Positions 44,167-54,895 of a DNA stretch of 64,000 nt are shown in pieces. How positions within the stretch are numbered: position 1 is the first letter of the stretch; the number at the start of each line of letters is the position of its first letter. This DNA comes from Bacillota bacterium. Its GTDB lineage: Bacteria > Bacillota > Ch66 > Ch109. Made by a program: the position numbers and the translations under genes. The notes beneath the pieces are model-generated. The model was not told where the DNA came from. It did no database searches and saw only the letters and a list, made by a program, of their open reading frames with translations. The DNA lies in assembly GCA_050952625.1 (NCBI GenBank), contig JBMNLH010000007.1, forward strand, positions 1 through 64,000, read 5' to 3'.

Positions 44167-44910
44167 TTAGCTAGTATGTCTTTGGCGCAGGGCCTCATAT
44201 AATACCACTCCGGCGGCAACGGAGGCATTTAGGGAATTTATTTGACCCCGCATCGGCAATCTAACTAGCAGATCACACTTCTCCTGAACCAGCCGGCTTA
44301 GTCCCTTACCTTCTCCGCCGATTACCAGAACAAGCCCACCGGTATAATCTGCTTCATGATATTGTTGGGAAGCTTCACCGGTAGCCCCAATCACCCAACA
44401 GCCGTGCTCTTTCAAAGACTCCAGAGTCCGGACCAGATTCACCACCCGAGCAACTGGCACTAGATCAACCGCCCCGGCCGAGGTTCGAGCCACGGTAGCG
44501 TTTAGCTGAACCGACCGACGTTTTGGGATAATCACGCCGTGCGCACCAACACCCTCCACCGTGCGTAAGATACTTCCCATATTCTGCGGGTCCTCCAGGC
44601 CATCTAAGACTACTATCCAGGGTGGCTCTTCTTTAGTTCGCGCCAGTTCCAAAATGTCTTCTACCTCAACGTATTCCCGCGGGGCAGCCCAGGCCACCAC
44701 TCCTTGATGATTAAGTCCGTTCGCCTGTCGGTCCAGATAGACCTTTTCCGCTTCAACTACCGGTATTCCTTGCCCTCGAGCCAACCGTCTAATTTCGCGC
44801 AAGGAATCGTCCTCGACTCCACGGGCAATCACAACTCGATTAACTGGTCGACCAGCCCGCAAGATTTCAAGCACTGGCCGTCTGCCCGCCCGAATTTCCT
44901 TATCCTGCAT
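44167..44910 (-). CDS. rlmB: 23S rRNA Gm2251 methyltransferase (SpoU family)
   Basis: HQGVVA, LDGLEDPQNMG, GGEGKG, SLNASVAAG. Confidence 0.95.
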   Translation of the reverse strand: MQDKEIRAGRRPVLEILRAGRPVNRVVIARGVEDDSLREIRRLARGQGIPVVEAEKVYLDRQANGLNHQGVVAWAAPREYVEVEDILELARTKEEPPWIVVLDGLEDPQNMGSILRTVEGVGAHGVIIPKRRSVQLNATVARTSAGAVDLVPVARVVNLVRTLESLKEHGCWVIGATGEASQQYHEADYTGGLVLVIGGEGKGLSRLVQEKCDLLVRLPMRGQINSLNASVAAGVVLYEALRQRHTS

Positions 44911-45082
44911 TAATCAACAGATCCCCTCAATTTAATAATATGTTGCTAACAATGGATATAGAAGTATATTATACCATTAATCTAACCTTACCGTACAAGC
45001 CCTTATTATTGAGTATTTGTCAAAAATTTTATTTTATGGCACAGTATTAAGGGAATCACCCGGTATCTAGAAAGGAGAATCC

Positions 45083-45772
45083 GTGATGATTATTCAGAAA
45101 CCACGAGTACTGATTCCAGAAAGCCAGCTTGATGCCGGTATTATTCGAAAACTAGAGCGTTATGCCCGAGTTTGTTATAAATCCGAAGATAAAATGGGAG
45201 AATACGGAGAATACAATGATAACTTTTTAAAATCAATAATCAGCCGCGGACATGAATCCGTAATCGAGCATGAAAAAGTGACCGTAATGTTTATCGTGGA
45301 TAGGGGAATTACTCATGAAATAGTCCGACACCGGATCGCCAGCTACAGCCAGGAATCAACCCGGTACTGCAACTACAGCAAAGAAAAATTTGGCAATGAG
45401 ATAACTGTTATTGAACCGTTTTTCCTGGCTGGCAAAGAAACCTTTCGGTATTGGGAGGAGGCTTGTCTCACAGCTGAGAAATGCTATCTAGCTTTACTCA
45501 AAAACAAATGCACACCCCAGGAAGCTCGTTCAGTTTTACCCAATTCCCTGAAAACAGAAATTGTTGTCACCTACAACCTGCGAGAATGGCGACATTTTTT
45601 CCGGTTGCGTTGCGCAACGCCCGCTCATCCACAGATGAAGCAGGTGACCATCCCCCTGCTCCTGCTCTTCAAGGAAAAACTGCCCTTATTGTTTGACGAT
45701 ATTGAATATGATCGGGATTTCCCGAAGGAGCACTACGCTGAGGTAGTGTTAACTGACGATTTGTTTTTCTAA
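45083..45772 (+). CDS. thyX: FAD-dependent thymidylate synthase
   Basis: GHESVIEH, RGITHEIVRHRIASYSQESTRY, NLREWRHFFRLRC. Confidence 0.95.
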   Translation: MMIIQKPRVLIPESQLDAGIIRKLERYARVCYKSEDKMGEYGEYNDNFLKSIISRGHESVIEHEKVTVMFIVDRGITHEIVRHRIASYSQESTRYCNYSKEKFGNEITVIEPFFLAGKETFRYWEEACLTAEKCYLALLKNKCTPQEARSVLPNSLKTEIVVTYNLREWRHFFRLRCATPAHPQMKQVTIPLLLLFKEKLPLLFDDIEYDRDFPKEHYAEVVLTDDLFF

Positions 45773-45805
45773 GACTAAAGGCCCCGACTACTACGAAAAT
45801 CGAGC

Positions 45806-45969
45806 GCGCAGTGTTTTAACGAAGGTCAGCGATTGGCGATTTACATCAGAGAAACGAGGCGGCTGAGGATTAGCAGGCATCACTGCCTGAGCCCGCAGGG
45901 CGAGTTTGATGCCTGCCCGAAGCCGATGAGGTTCGTTCCGAGTCTAGCCGGCTGACTGAATTAAAACAC
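45806..45969 (+). repeat. Palindromic dispersed repeat family B, long copy
   Basis: Terminal IR GTGTTTTAA...TTAAAACAC with nested GTCAGC/GCTGAC, CGGCT/AGCCG and GCAGGCATCA/TGATGCCTGC stems. Confidence 0.8.
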
Positions 45970-45977
45970 AAGCACCC

Positions 45978-46451
45978 CTACTTGGCGTTCTTGGCCGGCC
46001 ACGGTAATCGAGATAAAATATCGTTCAACCGCTCAAATCTTTGTTGCAGATAAAGATAACCAATCAGGCTCTCAAACCCAGTACTCCAACGGTAGTCAAC
46101 CACCCCCACGTTTCGGGGAATATGACCGGATTTAGCATTACGTCCCCGTTTCATTACCCTTTTCTCCTCATCAGTCAAGACATCTTCAATCATATGCAAA
46201 TACTGAGCCTGACAGGTAGCCCGCACCAAACTAATTGCCTCTTGGTGCAACTGATTAACCCGGATAAAACCGCGGGTCACCAAACCACAACGAACGTATA
46301 GTTCATAAACAGCATCTCCCAGATAGGCGAGGACCAACGGAGGCAAGTCTTCCGGGTCAATCTGACTCATCTGGGCGGGGACCGGAATCAGCCCAAATAC
46401 TGGCTTGTCGAATAAACCTTGTTCGGTTCTCGCGCCTTTTAAATTTTTCAC
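45978..46451 (-). CDS. mrnC: Mini-ribonuclease III
   Basis: LAYLGDAVYELYVR, KRGRNAK, TGFESLIGYLYL; start uncertain. Confidence 0.95.
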   Translation of the reverse strand: MKNLKGARTEQGLFDKPVFGLIPVPAQMSQIDPEDLPPLVLAYLGDAVYELYVRCGLVTRGFIRVNQLHQEAISLVRATCQAQYLHMIEDVLTDEEKRVMKRGRNAKSGHIPRNVGVVDYRWSTGFESLIGYLYLQQRFERLNDILSRLPWPAKNAK

Positions 46452-46640
46452 TCCTTCATTGACAACTTCATTGACAACGTCCGGTTCGGGTGGCGTATTC
46501 AGTTAAGACAATCCCCTTTCTAGCCTATATAATTTTACCTGCGTTTTAAGACAACTAGCTCTTCCTTCTGCCCTGGTCAAACATCCTAATCAGCATTAAA
46601 ACATTTCAGCCCAATATCTAACCACTAGACGCCTCACCAA

Positions 46641-48305
46641 CTACTCTCGCCATCTGGTTCCTCGCGGGCTGTCTTCCAGGGTTATGCCGCACTGCGCCAA
46701 CTCATCTCGTATTTGATCAGCCAGGGACCACTTTTTTTGTCCCCGGGCAGTTTGACGCAGTTCAACTAATAATTCAACCAGAGAATCCGGTTCAAGCTCT
46801 GATTCTCCTATTCTAACTCGGGAACCGTGCGGAGTGTCTTCCAGGGTTATTCCCAGTTGGTTTAATCCATCCCGGATATAATCAGCAGTCGCCCAGTCTT
46901 TTCGCTGACGCGCCTCCTGGCGCAGGTTCATCGTCAAATTAATCAATTCATCTAGCTTCTGAGCACGTTCAGGACCGGCCGCCCCTCGAAACTCTCTCCG
47001 TTGTCGCAAGAATGCGGGATCAAGGCCTAACACCCCTAATGTTTCAGTCAAAGCCTGTCGTCCCAGAGCCAAGGCTTTGCTTTCATTCTCGTCTGGCTGC
47101 CGGCCACTGCGCACAACTTCGTTAATCAAAGAATTAATCTCGTGCGATAGCTCAAAGAGAGAGGCAGTGGCCCGCGCGGTGTTAAAATCATCATCCATTG
47201 CCTCGATAAACTCTTGCCGAGATCGTTCGATTTGCTCAATCAACCGCATCCATTGGCTTTGGTCACTTCCGGTCCCAGTTGGGAATCGAACCGTTTCCCC
47301 GCCGGCCGTTCCCAACAGTTCATCCAGGAGATCAAGACTGGTTTTCAATCTTTCCAAGCTCCTTCGACTCATCTCCAGTTTACCGTCATCAAAATCCAAC
47401 GGGCTGCGATAATGGGTAGATAAGAGATAAAAACGAACTACCTGGGGCGGAAATTTATCGATAATATCCCTGACCAAAAAAAAGTTGCCGAGTGACTTGG
47501 ACATCTTCTCCTGATTAACGGTAATGAAACCATTATGCAACCAGTAGCGGCAAAATGGGCCTTGCTCGGCGAAAGCCTCTGATTGGGCAATTTCATTTTC
47601 GTGGTGCGGAAAAATGAGGTCACTACCGCCACCATGGATATCAAAGCCAAAACCAAGATACTTTAACGACATGGCCGAACACTCAATATGCCATCCGGGA
47701 CGCCCGGGTCCCCAGGGACTAGCCCAAGCCGGTTCGCCTTCCTTAGCTGCCTTCCACAACGCAAAGTCCATTGGGTTGTGCTTGCGTTCATCCACCTCTA
47801 CCCGGGCACCGGCCTGGAGGTCCTCCAGAGAACGGCCCGACAATTTTCCATATTCCGCAAACCGTTCCACCGAGTAGTAGACATCGCCAGCCACTTGATA
47901 AGCATACCCTTTCTCTAGCAGCCCCTCAATCATCGCAATAATCTCGGGCAAGTGCTCACTGACTCTAGGATGAACCTTGGCCCGCTGCACATTCAGCGCA
48001 TCTGCATCCTGAAAATACTCTTCGATATACCTTTGGGCCAACTTATTAGGCTCTTCCCCTTCTTCTCGGGCTCGGTTGATGATCTTATCATCAATATCGG
48101 TAAAGTTTTGAATGTAATCAACCTGATAGCCCCGATACTCCAAATAACGGCGAATAGTGTCAAAAACTACTAAGGGGCGGGCATTTCCCAAGTGAATAAA
48201 ATTATAGGTGGTTGGTCCGCAAACATACATCCCAACCCGGCCGGGGTTAGATGATATGAATTCCTCTTTTCGCCGGGTTAGCGTATTGTACATCTTCAAA
48301 CTCAT
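46641..48305 (-). CDS. cysS: Cysteine-tRNA ligase with duplicated C-terminal module
   Basis: [27 protein letters not shown]. Confidence 0.98.
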   Translation of the reverse strand: MSLKMYNTLTRRKEEFISSNPGRVGMYVCGPTTYNFIHLGNARPLVVFDTIRRYLEYRGYQVDYIQNFTDIDDKIINRAREEGEEPNKLAQRYIEEYFQDADALNVQRAKVHPRVSEHLPEIIAMIEGLLEKGYAYQVAGDVYYSVERFAEYGKLSGRSLEDLQAGARVEVDERKHNPMDFALWKAAKEGEPAWASPWGPGRPGWHIECSAMSLKYLGFGFDIHGGGSDLIFPHHENEIAQSEAFAEQGPFCRYWLHNGFITVNQEKMSKSLGNFFLVRDIIDKFPPQVVRFYLLSTHYRSPLDFDDGKLEMSRRSLERLKTSLDLLDELLGTAGGETVRFPTGTGSDQSQWMRLIEQIERSRQEFIEAMDDDFNTARATASLFELSHEINSLINEVVRSGRQPDENESKALALGRQALTETLGVLGLDPAFLRQRREFRGAAGPERAQKLDELINLTMNLRQEARQRKDWATADYIRDGLNQLGITLEDTPHGSRVRIGESELEPDSLVELLVELRQTARGQKKWSLADQIRDELAQCGITLEDSPRGTRWRE

Positions 48306-48966
48306 CCTGTCGATCCTCCATCTCTACCATTTTCTTTTCCAGGAATTCAATGCGCTGCTGCAGGTTGCTAATCAAATCGGCAACTGGGTCCGGCAACAAA
48401 TGATGCTGCAAATCAACGCTTTCATGTTCCGTTAGTTTGCGTCCATTAAACGCAACTACCTTTCCCGGCACCCCGACTACGGTGCAATTTGCGGGTACGC
48501 TACTTAACACTACTGAACCTGAGCCAATTTTAACATTATCCCCGACCGAAAAGGAACCCAATACTTTAGCCCCGGTTGCGATAACCACATTGTTCCCAAT
48601 CGTCGGGTGGCGTTTGCCTTTCTCCTTACCCGTCCCGCCCAAGGTTACTCCTTGATATAGGGTAACATTGTCACCAAGCTCAGCGGTCTCACCAATTACT
48701 ACTCCCATCCCATGGTCAATAAATAATCCTTCGCCGATTTTGGCCCCCGGGTGAATTTCGATGCCGGTCAATTGCCGGCTTAAATGAGACACAATCCGGG
48801 CTAACACAAACCTTTTCTTCAAGTATAGCCAGTGAGCTAGACGGTGAAACTGAATCGCGTGGAACCCGGGATAACACAGCAGGACTTCCCAGACACTTTT
48901 AACCGCCGGGTCTCGCTCAAATACAACCTGAATATCCTTCTTAATCCGTCTGATAAAGCGAAGCAT
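48247..48966 (-). CDS. cysE: Serine O-acetyltransferase
   Basis: [37 protein letters not shown]. Confidence 0.97.
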   Translation of the reverse strand: MLRFIRRIKKDIQVVFERDPAVKSVWEVLLCYPGFHAIQFHRLAHWLYLKKRFVLARIVSHLSRQLTGIEIHPGAKIGEGLFIDHGMGVVIGETAELGDNVTLYQGVTLGGTGKEKGKRHPTIGNNVVIATGAKVLGSFSVGDNVKIGSGSVVLSSVPANCTVVGVPGKVVAFNGRKLTEHESVDLQHHLLPDPVADLISNLQQRIEFLEKKMVEMEDRQDEFEDVQYANPAKRGIHII

Positions 48967-49053
48967 ATGGCCACTCCCCCTTTTTTAGATTTCTGTCTTA
49001 CGTCTTCCGTTTATCCGTTTCCCACCTCACGCCTGGCACTTTACCCCTTCACC

Positions 49054-49355
49054 AAACAAAAAACCCTTCATCTCCCAATACAGAGACGAAGGGTTACTTC
49101 GCGGTTCCACCCTGTTTGGCTCTCCGGCGAGAGCCCACTCATCGATACGATTGATAGATTCGCAATCACATCAACCGTATCGGGCTGGTTAACGTCAGCC
49201 ACTTCGTCCGGACCTACGCAGTTAGGAGTTACCTACTTTCGGCCCGAAAGCTCCCGGGTGCACTTCAACGTCTACTTGATCAGGCCCGCTTTCAGCCGAT
49301 GGCGGCCCCTCTCTGAGATCAGCCAGTACGTTTACTCTCCCGTTCAAAGCCTTTC
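49054..49355 (-). promoter_or_regulatory. T-box riboswitch with Cys (UGC) specifier
   Basis: AGAGAG and GCTGAAA stem-I motifs, specifier loop GAAG-TGC-ACCC, T-box AAACAGGGTGGAACCGCG, terminator AACCCTTC...GAAGGGTTTTTT. Confidence 0.93.
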
Positions 49356-49372
49356 AATTATGACTTAAGATC

Positions 49373-49402
49373 ATTATATTGGTCTTACCCGCTGATTGTC
49401 AA
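49373..49402 (-). promoter_or_regulatory. SigA promoter of the T-box-cysE-cysS unit
   Basis: TTGACA-N18-TATAAT. Confidence 0.8.
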
Positions 49403-49416
49403 CCCTGGTTACTTGC

Positions 49417-49848
49417 TTAAGCACTAATATCAAACTTATTTTTAATATATTTTAAGTAATCCTCTTGGCAAGAACACTTTCCTTTATGGTCGCAGATACT
49501 AATTTTGACTCTTTCCATCAGAAGCCGTCGTACCCTTTCCGATTCATTCTCCCAAGCTCTTTGCTGCAGAAAAAGGAAACGCCAAGCGGTCCAAGCAATA
49601 GCTGATAGAAGAACGGTTGGACTAAGAAGAAACCAGGTAATTAGCCTGAATAGACTATCCGTACCGGTATAACCACTGAGCATTTTATGAAGATTACCCG
49701 CCGATATAATAAACAACAAAACGAATATTCCAAAAGCTAGCGGACTCCACTTGGCCCACCGGCAGGCCTCTTTCTGCCTTGCCTCCAGCTCTTTTTCAAT
49801 CCTGACAATCGAATGATCCACCTCAACCGGACGAGAATACTCATTCAC
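49417..49848 (-). CDS. Hypothetical two-TM membrane protein (possibly YpbF/DUF2663-like)
   Basis: 143 aa, two hydrophobic segments, SD GGGGGTG; family resemblance is from memory only. Confidence 0.6.
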   Translation of the reverse strand: MNEYSRPVEVDHSIVRIEKELEARQKEACRWAKWSPLAFGIFVLLFIISAGNLHKMLSGYTGTDSLFRLITWFLLSPTVLLSAIAWTAWRFLFLQQRAWENESERVRRLLMERVKISICDHKGKCSCQEDYLKYIKNKFDISA

Positions 49849-50282
49849 TCTGCCGCCACCCCCTAAACAGATTTACCGAGGGTTCGACAGCCGCCATTTC
49901 TATATAGTGTTTGGTTCGTATATAACTGCTAAAAAGCTATCTAACAAAAGCCTTCGCCTTTGCCTGAGCATCTCTCTAGCTACATTTATGCACCCGGTTA
50001 TTAATCATACGGTTCTGCCAAAACCCACCGATAAAAGCTTAGATTAGCCAGCCAACTTCCTCATAACCTCACTTACAACCGACAACGACCATCCCACTTG
50101 AATACCCTTCCCAAATAGCAACGATCACAAACCGCCTCCAACTCCATACAGCAACCCGCGACAACCTATGACTGCCTACAACTTCGACTAAACCTACCTC
50201 CATTATACCATCAAGGATAGGCTTAACAATAAGTTTTTTCTTAACCATGCGAATATTCTGGTAAAATATTAAACAAGTTTAT

Positions 50283-51755
50283 TCAGTCTCGCAATCTTGC
50301 CAGGCAACCCCTTATCCCTAATAAAGGAATGACATGATACAATTCCGGGCCGTGCATCTTACCCGTTAAGCAAACCCGTAAGGGCATGAATACCTTGCGG
50401 CCACCCAGTTTTGTTTCTTTAGTTAATCGTTTCAACATCGCCTTAGCTTGCGGGACGTCTAGGCTGACGTTATCCATAACTAACGATTCTAATTGTTGTT
50501 TAAAATGGCGAATAACTAGAGGAACCTGCTCCTCCTGCAGGACCAATGCTGCCTCTTCATTTTCCGGCGTTACCTCATCACCGATTAACCCTTGAGCCTG
50601 TTCCACAATTTCGCTTAGGCAACTTAAACGATCCTGGGTTGCCTCCATCAGGAGTCTGGTCCAAGCACGTTCCTCCGCTGTAAGTTCTGGACCAAATATG
50701 CCCGCTTTTTGCAGATATGGAATAGCCAGCTCGGTCAGCTTATCCAAAGAACTTTGCCGAATGTAACAGCCATTAATCCATTTCAGCTTGTCAATATCAA
50801 AAACGGCTGGATTTTTCGCGACCCGGTCAAGCGAAAAATATTGAACTATTTCCGCCAAGCTAAGAATTTCTTCTTCTCCTGGGGGTGACCAACCCAATAA
50901 GGCCAGAAAGTTGATCAAGGCCTCTGGCAAGTACCCGGCCTCCTGATAGGCAACAACAGAGGTAGCCCCGTGCCGTTTACTCATTTTCGACCGGTCCTTG
51001 CCCAAAATAAGTGAGACATGGGCAAATTGGGGTCGAGTTAAACCTAGGGCGTCATAGATTAACAACTGTCGCGGGGTGTTAGACAAGTGTTCCTCGCCTC
51101 GAATTACGTGAGAAATCTCCATTAAGGCATCATCAATAACACAAGCAAAATTATAGACGGGAATACCATCTGATTTCACGATAACGTAATCACCCATCGT
51201 CACTGTATCAAAAGTCACTTCACCCCGGACCAGATCATTAAAAATCACCAAATGATTATCTGGTACTCGGAAACGAATCGTCGGCCGGCGGCCTTCTGCC
51301 TGCAGTTTTTCCCGCTCCTTAGTTGATAGCTTCCGGCATTTCCCTAGATAACGAGGGGTCTCCCCTTGTTCTATCAGGATTTGGCGCTCTGCTTCCAGTT
51401 CTTCCTCCGTACAGTAGCAGTAATAAGCCTTGCCTTCAGTTAATAACTGGGCCGCAAATCGCTGATAGGTATCTAGCCGTTCAGTTTGTCGGTAGGGTGC
51501 ATAATCCCCTCCAACGCCGATTCCCTCATCCCAGGTAATGCCTAACCAACGGAGAGAAGCCAGGATATTTTCCTCTGACTCCCGACTGGAACGCTCCAGA
51601 TCAGTATCCTCGATTCGAACCACAAAATTCCCACCGTATTTCCTGGCAAACAAGTAATTAAACAAGGCTGACCGGGCGCCGCCAATATGTAAAGGACCAG
51701 TCGGACTAGGCGCAAAACGAACCCGTGCCTTGACATGATCTGCCGAAACTGCCAT
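50283..51755 (-). CDS. gltX: Glutamate-tRNA ligase
   Basis: RFAPSPTG, HIGG, RIEDTD, KMSKR. Confidence 0.98.
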   Translation of the reverse strand: MAVSADHVKARVRFAPSPTGPLHIGGARSALFNYLFARKYGGNFVVRIEDTDLERSSRESEENILASLRWLGITWDEGIGVGGDYAPYRQTERLDTYQRFAAQLLTEGKAYYCYCTEEELEAERQILIEQGETPRYLGKCRKLSTKEREKLQAEGRRPTIRFRVPDNHLVIFNDLVRGEVTFDTVTMGDYVIVKSDGIPVYNFACVIDDALMEISHVIRGEEHLSNTPRQLLIYDALGLTRPQFAHVSLILGKDRSKMSKRHGATSVVAYQEAGYLPEALINFLALLGWSPPGEEEILSLAEIVQYFSLDRVAKNPAVFDIDKLKWINGCYIRQSSLDKLTELAIPYLQKAGIFGPELTAEERAWTRLLMEATQDRLSCLSEIVEQAQGLIGDEVTPENEEAALVLQEEQVPLVIRHFKQQLESLVMDNVSLDVPQAKAMLKRLTKETKLGGRKVFMPLRVCLTGKMHGPELYHVIPLLGIRGCLARLRD

Positions 51756-51794
51756 CGCTTGCAACTCTGCCTTTCCAATTAAATTTCTCAATGA

Positions 51795-52274
51795 TTAATC
51801 TTTACGAACCAGTGAGGCAACCGCATAAGCGGCGATTCCTTCCCCGGTGCCGGTGAAGCCCAGACCCTCAGTGGTTGTTGCCTTAAGGCTAATTTGGTCT
51901 AGCGTGACCGCCATAATCCGGGCGAGGTTTTCTCTCATACTTTGGACATGGGGAGCTAATCGAGGCCGTTGAGCTACCACCACACTATCTAGATTACCCA
52001 ACCGCCAGCCTTTCTGATCCAGCAGCTCCTTAACCTGTTCCAAAAGGGCAACACTAGAAACACCCGCCAACTCAGGGTTAGTATCCGGAAAATGCTGACC
52101 AATGTCGCCAAGGGCCAGTGCTCCTAAAAGGGCATCCATAATGGCATGAATCAGGACATCAGCATCCGAATGCCCCAATAATCCCTTCTCAAACGGGATA
52201 GAGATGCCTCCCAGAATCAGCTTTCGCCCGGTTACGAGACGGTGTACATCGTAGCCGATACCTACTCGAACCAT
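51795..52274 (-). CDS. ispF: 2-C-methyl-D-erythritol 2,4-cyclodiphosphate synthase
   Basis: [32 protein letters not shown]. Confidence 0.98.
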   Translation of the reverse strand: MVRVGIGYDVHRLVTGRKLILGGISIPFEKGLLGHSDADVLIHAIMDALLGALALGDIGQHFPDTNPELAGVSSVALLEQVKELLDQKGWRLGNLDSVVVAQRPRLAPHVQSMRENLARIMAVTLDQISLKATTTEGLGFTGTGEGIAAYAVASLVRKD

Positions 52275-52350
52275 TATCACCCTGGAGTCAAGGTTCATAA
52301 AACCAACCTTGAATCTCCGCCTCCCTTCTATCTAATTTTCAACCTAATTT

Positions 52351-53061
52351 TCAACCACTAGTTCGAGTTCTCTGGCGACGGGCCAAAATAACCTCTGCCA
52401 GTTCCAAGTCTTCCGGAGTGGTTATTTTCAAATTTTCGTAATCACCAGTAACTAATTTAACATTGAAACCAAGTCTTTCAACCAAGGAAGCATCATCCGT
52501 ACCATAGTACTTTTCTTTAAAGGCTATTTCATAGGCTTTCTGCAATAGGTGACGATTAAAAACCTGAGGGGTCTGGACACTCCACAGACTTTGTCGATTT
52601 AGGGTTGTCCTAACTAAACCATTGGCTGTGGCTACCTTAATGGTATCTTTAACCGGTACCGCCGCCACCGCCGCGTCATGCTCCCAGGCTTCTCTGATGG
52701 TCTGCTGTAAAATATGGTCGATCAAAAGGGGCCGTGCCCCGTCGTGCACGGCCACCCATTGACAATCTTCCGGTAATGCCTGTAGTCCCCGATATACCGA
52801 ATCTTGACGTTCTTTTCCACCGGCTAGGACTGTTCTGACCTTGGAAAAACCATAATGATTGACAATCTTTTCCTGACACCAGAATACCTCTTCCGGAGCG
52901 ACGACCAAGCAAATTTCATCAATCAACGGCTCTTTCTGAAAAACCTGCAGGGTATGGACTACCAATGGTACTCCCGCCAGAGGAAGATATTGCTTATTAG
53001 TCTCAGCTTTCATCCGCCTCCCCTGACCCGCGGCGGGAATAATCGCTGTTGTTTTAGCCAA
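52351..53061 (-). CDS. ispD: MEP cytidylyltransferase
   Basis: PAAGQGRRM, GGKERQDSV, VHDGARP, QTPQ, KITTPEDL. Confidence 0.98.
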   Translation of the reverse strand: MAKTTAIIPAAGQGRRMKAETNKQYLPLAGVPLVVHTLQVFQKEPLIDEICLVVAPEEVFWCQEKIVNHYGFSKVRTVLAGGKERQDSVYRGLQALPEDCQWVAVHDGARPLLIDHILQQTIREAWEHDAAVAAVPVKDTIKVATANGLVRTTLNRQSLWSVQTPQVFNRHLLQKAYEIAFKEKYYGTDDASLVERLGFNVKLVTGDYENLKITTPEDLELAEVILARRQRTRTSG

Positions 53062-54199
53062 GTAAATTCACCTCATTAACGTTCGTACCGGTACCCGGCA
53101 ACTTCTTGTCTGTGCCTCTTGGCTTAGCAAAAATCATCCGTCCCGCGGCTGTTTGAAAAACACTCGTCACAAAAACATCCACGGACTGGCCGATAAAACG
53201 GCGACCTCCGTCAATGACGATCATTGTTCCGTCATCTAAATAGCCAATCCCTTGACCGGCTTCTTTACCATCCTTAATTACTTGAACAACCATTTCTTCA
53301 CCAGGTAAAACAATCGGTTTGACTGCATTGGCCAATTCGTTGATGTTTAAAACCTTAACTCCCTGTAATTCAGCAACCTTGTTTAAATTATAGTCATTTG
53401 TCAGGATATGGCCCTGCTTGAGTTGCGCCAATCTAACCAGCTTACTGTCAACTTCAGCTAAATCTTCAAAATCATCTTCCACTACCTCAACGTTGATACT
53501 TGGGTTTTTTCGCATTTCGTTCAGAATATCCAGGCCGCGTCTGCCCCGGCTGCGTTTTAATAAATCAGAAGAATCAGCGACATGACGCAGTTCTTCAAGA
53601 ACAAAAGAAGGGACGATCAGAACCCCCTCAACAAATCCACTCTGACAAATATCAGCAATTCTTCCATCGATTATGACACTAGTATCTAAAATTTTGTATC
53701 GACCACGTAATTCACTTTTTGAGGCACGGTCCTTATCGCGTCCCCCTAAACGTGGAAAAATCGAAAAAACTGCCAACAATTCATCCTTTCTCTTCATTCC
53801 TAGTAAAAGGCCCAAATAACCTAACCCTAAACTAACGATAATAGCTAAATATCCGCCAATTACCGGAACATAAGAAAAAGAATAACCTAAAAGAGTAGCT
53901 ATTATAAGGCCGATAATCAGTCCTAGAGCACCACCCAGCAAATCCTGAGTTGGCGTTTTTTGCAGGGCATTTTCCACTCCGGCAGCCGCTTGAACCACTT
54001 TTCGCATACACCAGGGAGCAAGCGCAAAGGCTAACAAAGCTAAAATCCCTGTACTTAAACCAATTAAAGTATACTCCATCATGGATCCAACTGGGAGGAT
54101 GGAGCTAACAAAACTACTGTCCAAAACAATACTACTCAGCCAAAGCCCCAGACCACCTCCAACCAGAGTAATTATGATTCTAACCACTTTTTGTCCCAT
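53054..54199 (-). CDS. PIN/TRAM-domain membrane protein (YacL-like)
   Basis: N-terminal TMs, KILDTSVIIDGRI, TNDYNLNKVA, GYLDDGTMIV. Confidence 0.93.
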   Translation of the reverse strand: MGQKVVRIIITLVGGGLGLWLSSIVLDSSFVSSILPVGSMMEYTLIGLSTGILALLAFALAPWCMRKVVQAAAGVENALQKTPTQDLLGGALGLIIGLIIATLLGYSFSYVPVIGGYLAIIVSLGLGYLGLLLGMKRKDELLAVFSIFPRLGGRDKDRASKSELRGRYKILDTSVIIDGRIADICQSGFVEGVLIVPSFVLEELRHVADSSDLLKRSRGRRGLDILNEMRKNPSINVEVVEDDFEDLAEVDSKLVRLAQLKQGHILTNDYNLNKVAELQGVKVLNINELANAVKPIVLPGEEMVVQVIKDGKEAGQGIGYLDDGTMIVIDGGRRFIGQSVDVFVTSVFQTAAGRMIFAKPRGTDKKLPGTGTNVNEVNLLG

Positions 54200-54243
54200 T
54201 AAACTTTTTCACCCCCTTTCTAGCTTGGCAATTCCTAGCACTC

Positions 54244-54358
54244 ATTATAACAACCCCGATAAACCCTGTCAAAAAGCAGGATTCCCAATCTTACGCCAGA
54301 AAGCGACTTCCTCCGTCACCCGTGTGCATTGACAATAGAAAGTACTTATCATTATAAT
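54244..54358. promoter_or_regulatory. Divergent SigA promoters
   Basis: Minus: TTGACA(54267-72)-N17-TATAAT; plus: TTGACA(54329-34)-N18-TATAAT. Confidence 0.7.
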
Positions 54359-54437
54359 AGTGAGTACAGTAGCAAAAATGAACCTGAGAATTCTCAGAAT
54401 CAGATTTGAGCTTTGGAGCAAAGGAGTGACCTATTGC

Positions 54438-54833
54438 ATGAAGGACCTGCTCTGCGATGAATTTCAGAATACTGTTTCCGAATTACTCATTCGACATCAC
54501 AGTATTCTTGACGTTTTATCTAAATCGCAAGAAGCTTCAGCCAGAGTAAATCGTGCTGTCATTAAGGCGGTAACCGGTTGTGGCTGCGTTCAAATAGATG
54601 CTAAGAAGAAGCTAATTCCTCCTGAGGCCTCTCTCTCCGATTTAAAAAGCTACCTGGAGAGCCATCTTCAAGGCTCACTCTGTCCTTCCTGTCAGGAAGT
54701 TGTCGAGATGGAAATTGGGAAATTGCTTTTTTACATTACTGCGCTATGTAATCTGCTGGATCTTAACTTGTATGATGTATTTCTAAAGGAACATAAAAAA
54801 ATCAGCACCCTACGCATCTTTAACTTCACTTGA
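54438..54833 (+). CDS. Conserved clostridial hypothetical protein (Cys-containing)
   Basis: LLIRHHSILDVLSK, CGC, CPSC; SD AAGGAG before ATG 54438. Confidence 0.8.
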   Translation: MKDLLCDEFQNTVSELLIRHHSILDVLSKSQEASARVNRAVIKAVTGCGCVQIDAKKKLIPPEASLSDLKSYLESHLQGSLCPSCQEVVEMEIGKLLFYITALCNLLDLNLYDVFLKEHKKISTLRIFNFT

Positions 54834-54895
54834 GACCATAAAAATTATGATCCAAACAAAACAAGATAAAGTCCATCAAACAATGGCCGATTAAC

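Noticed and set aside
46454-46478. 12-bp tandem CTTCATTGACAA (and 14-bp tandem CCTAATGAAAATTA at ~63276-63303)
   Set aside because: Two-copy micro-duplications consistent with replication slippage; no supportable function.
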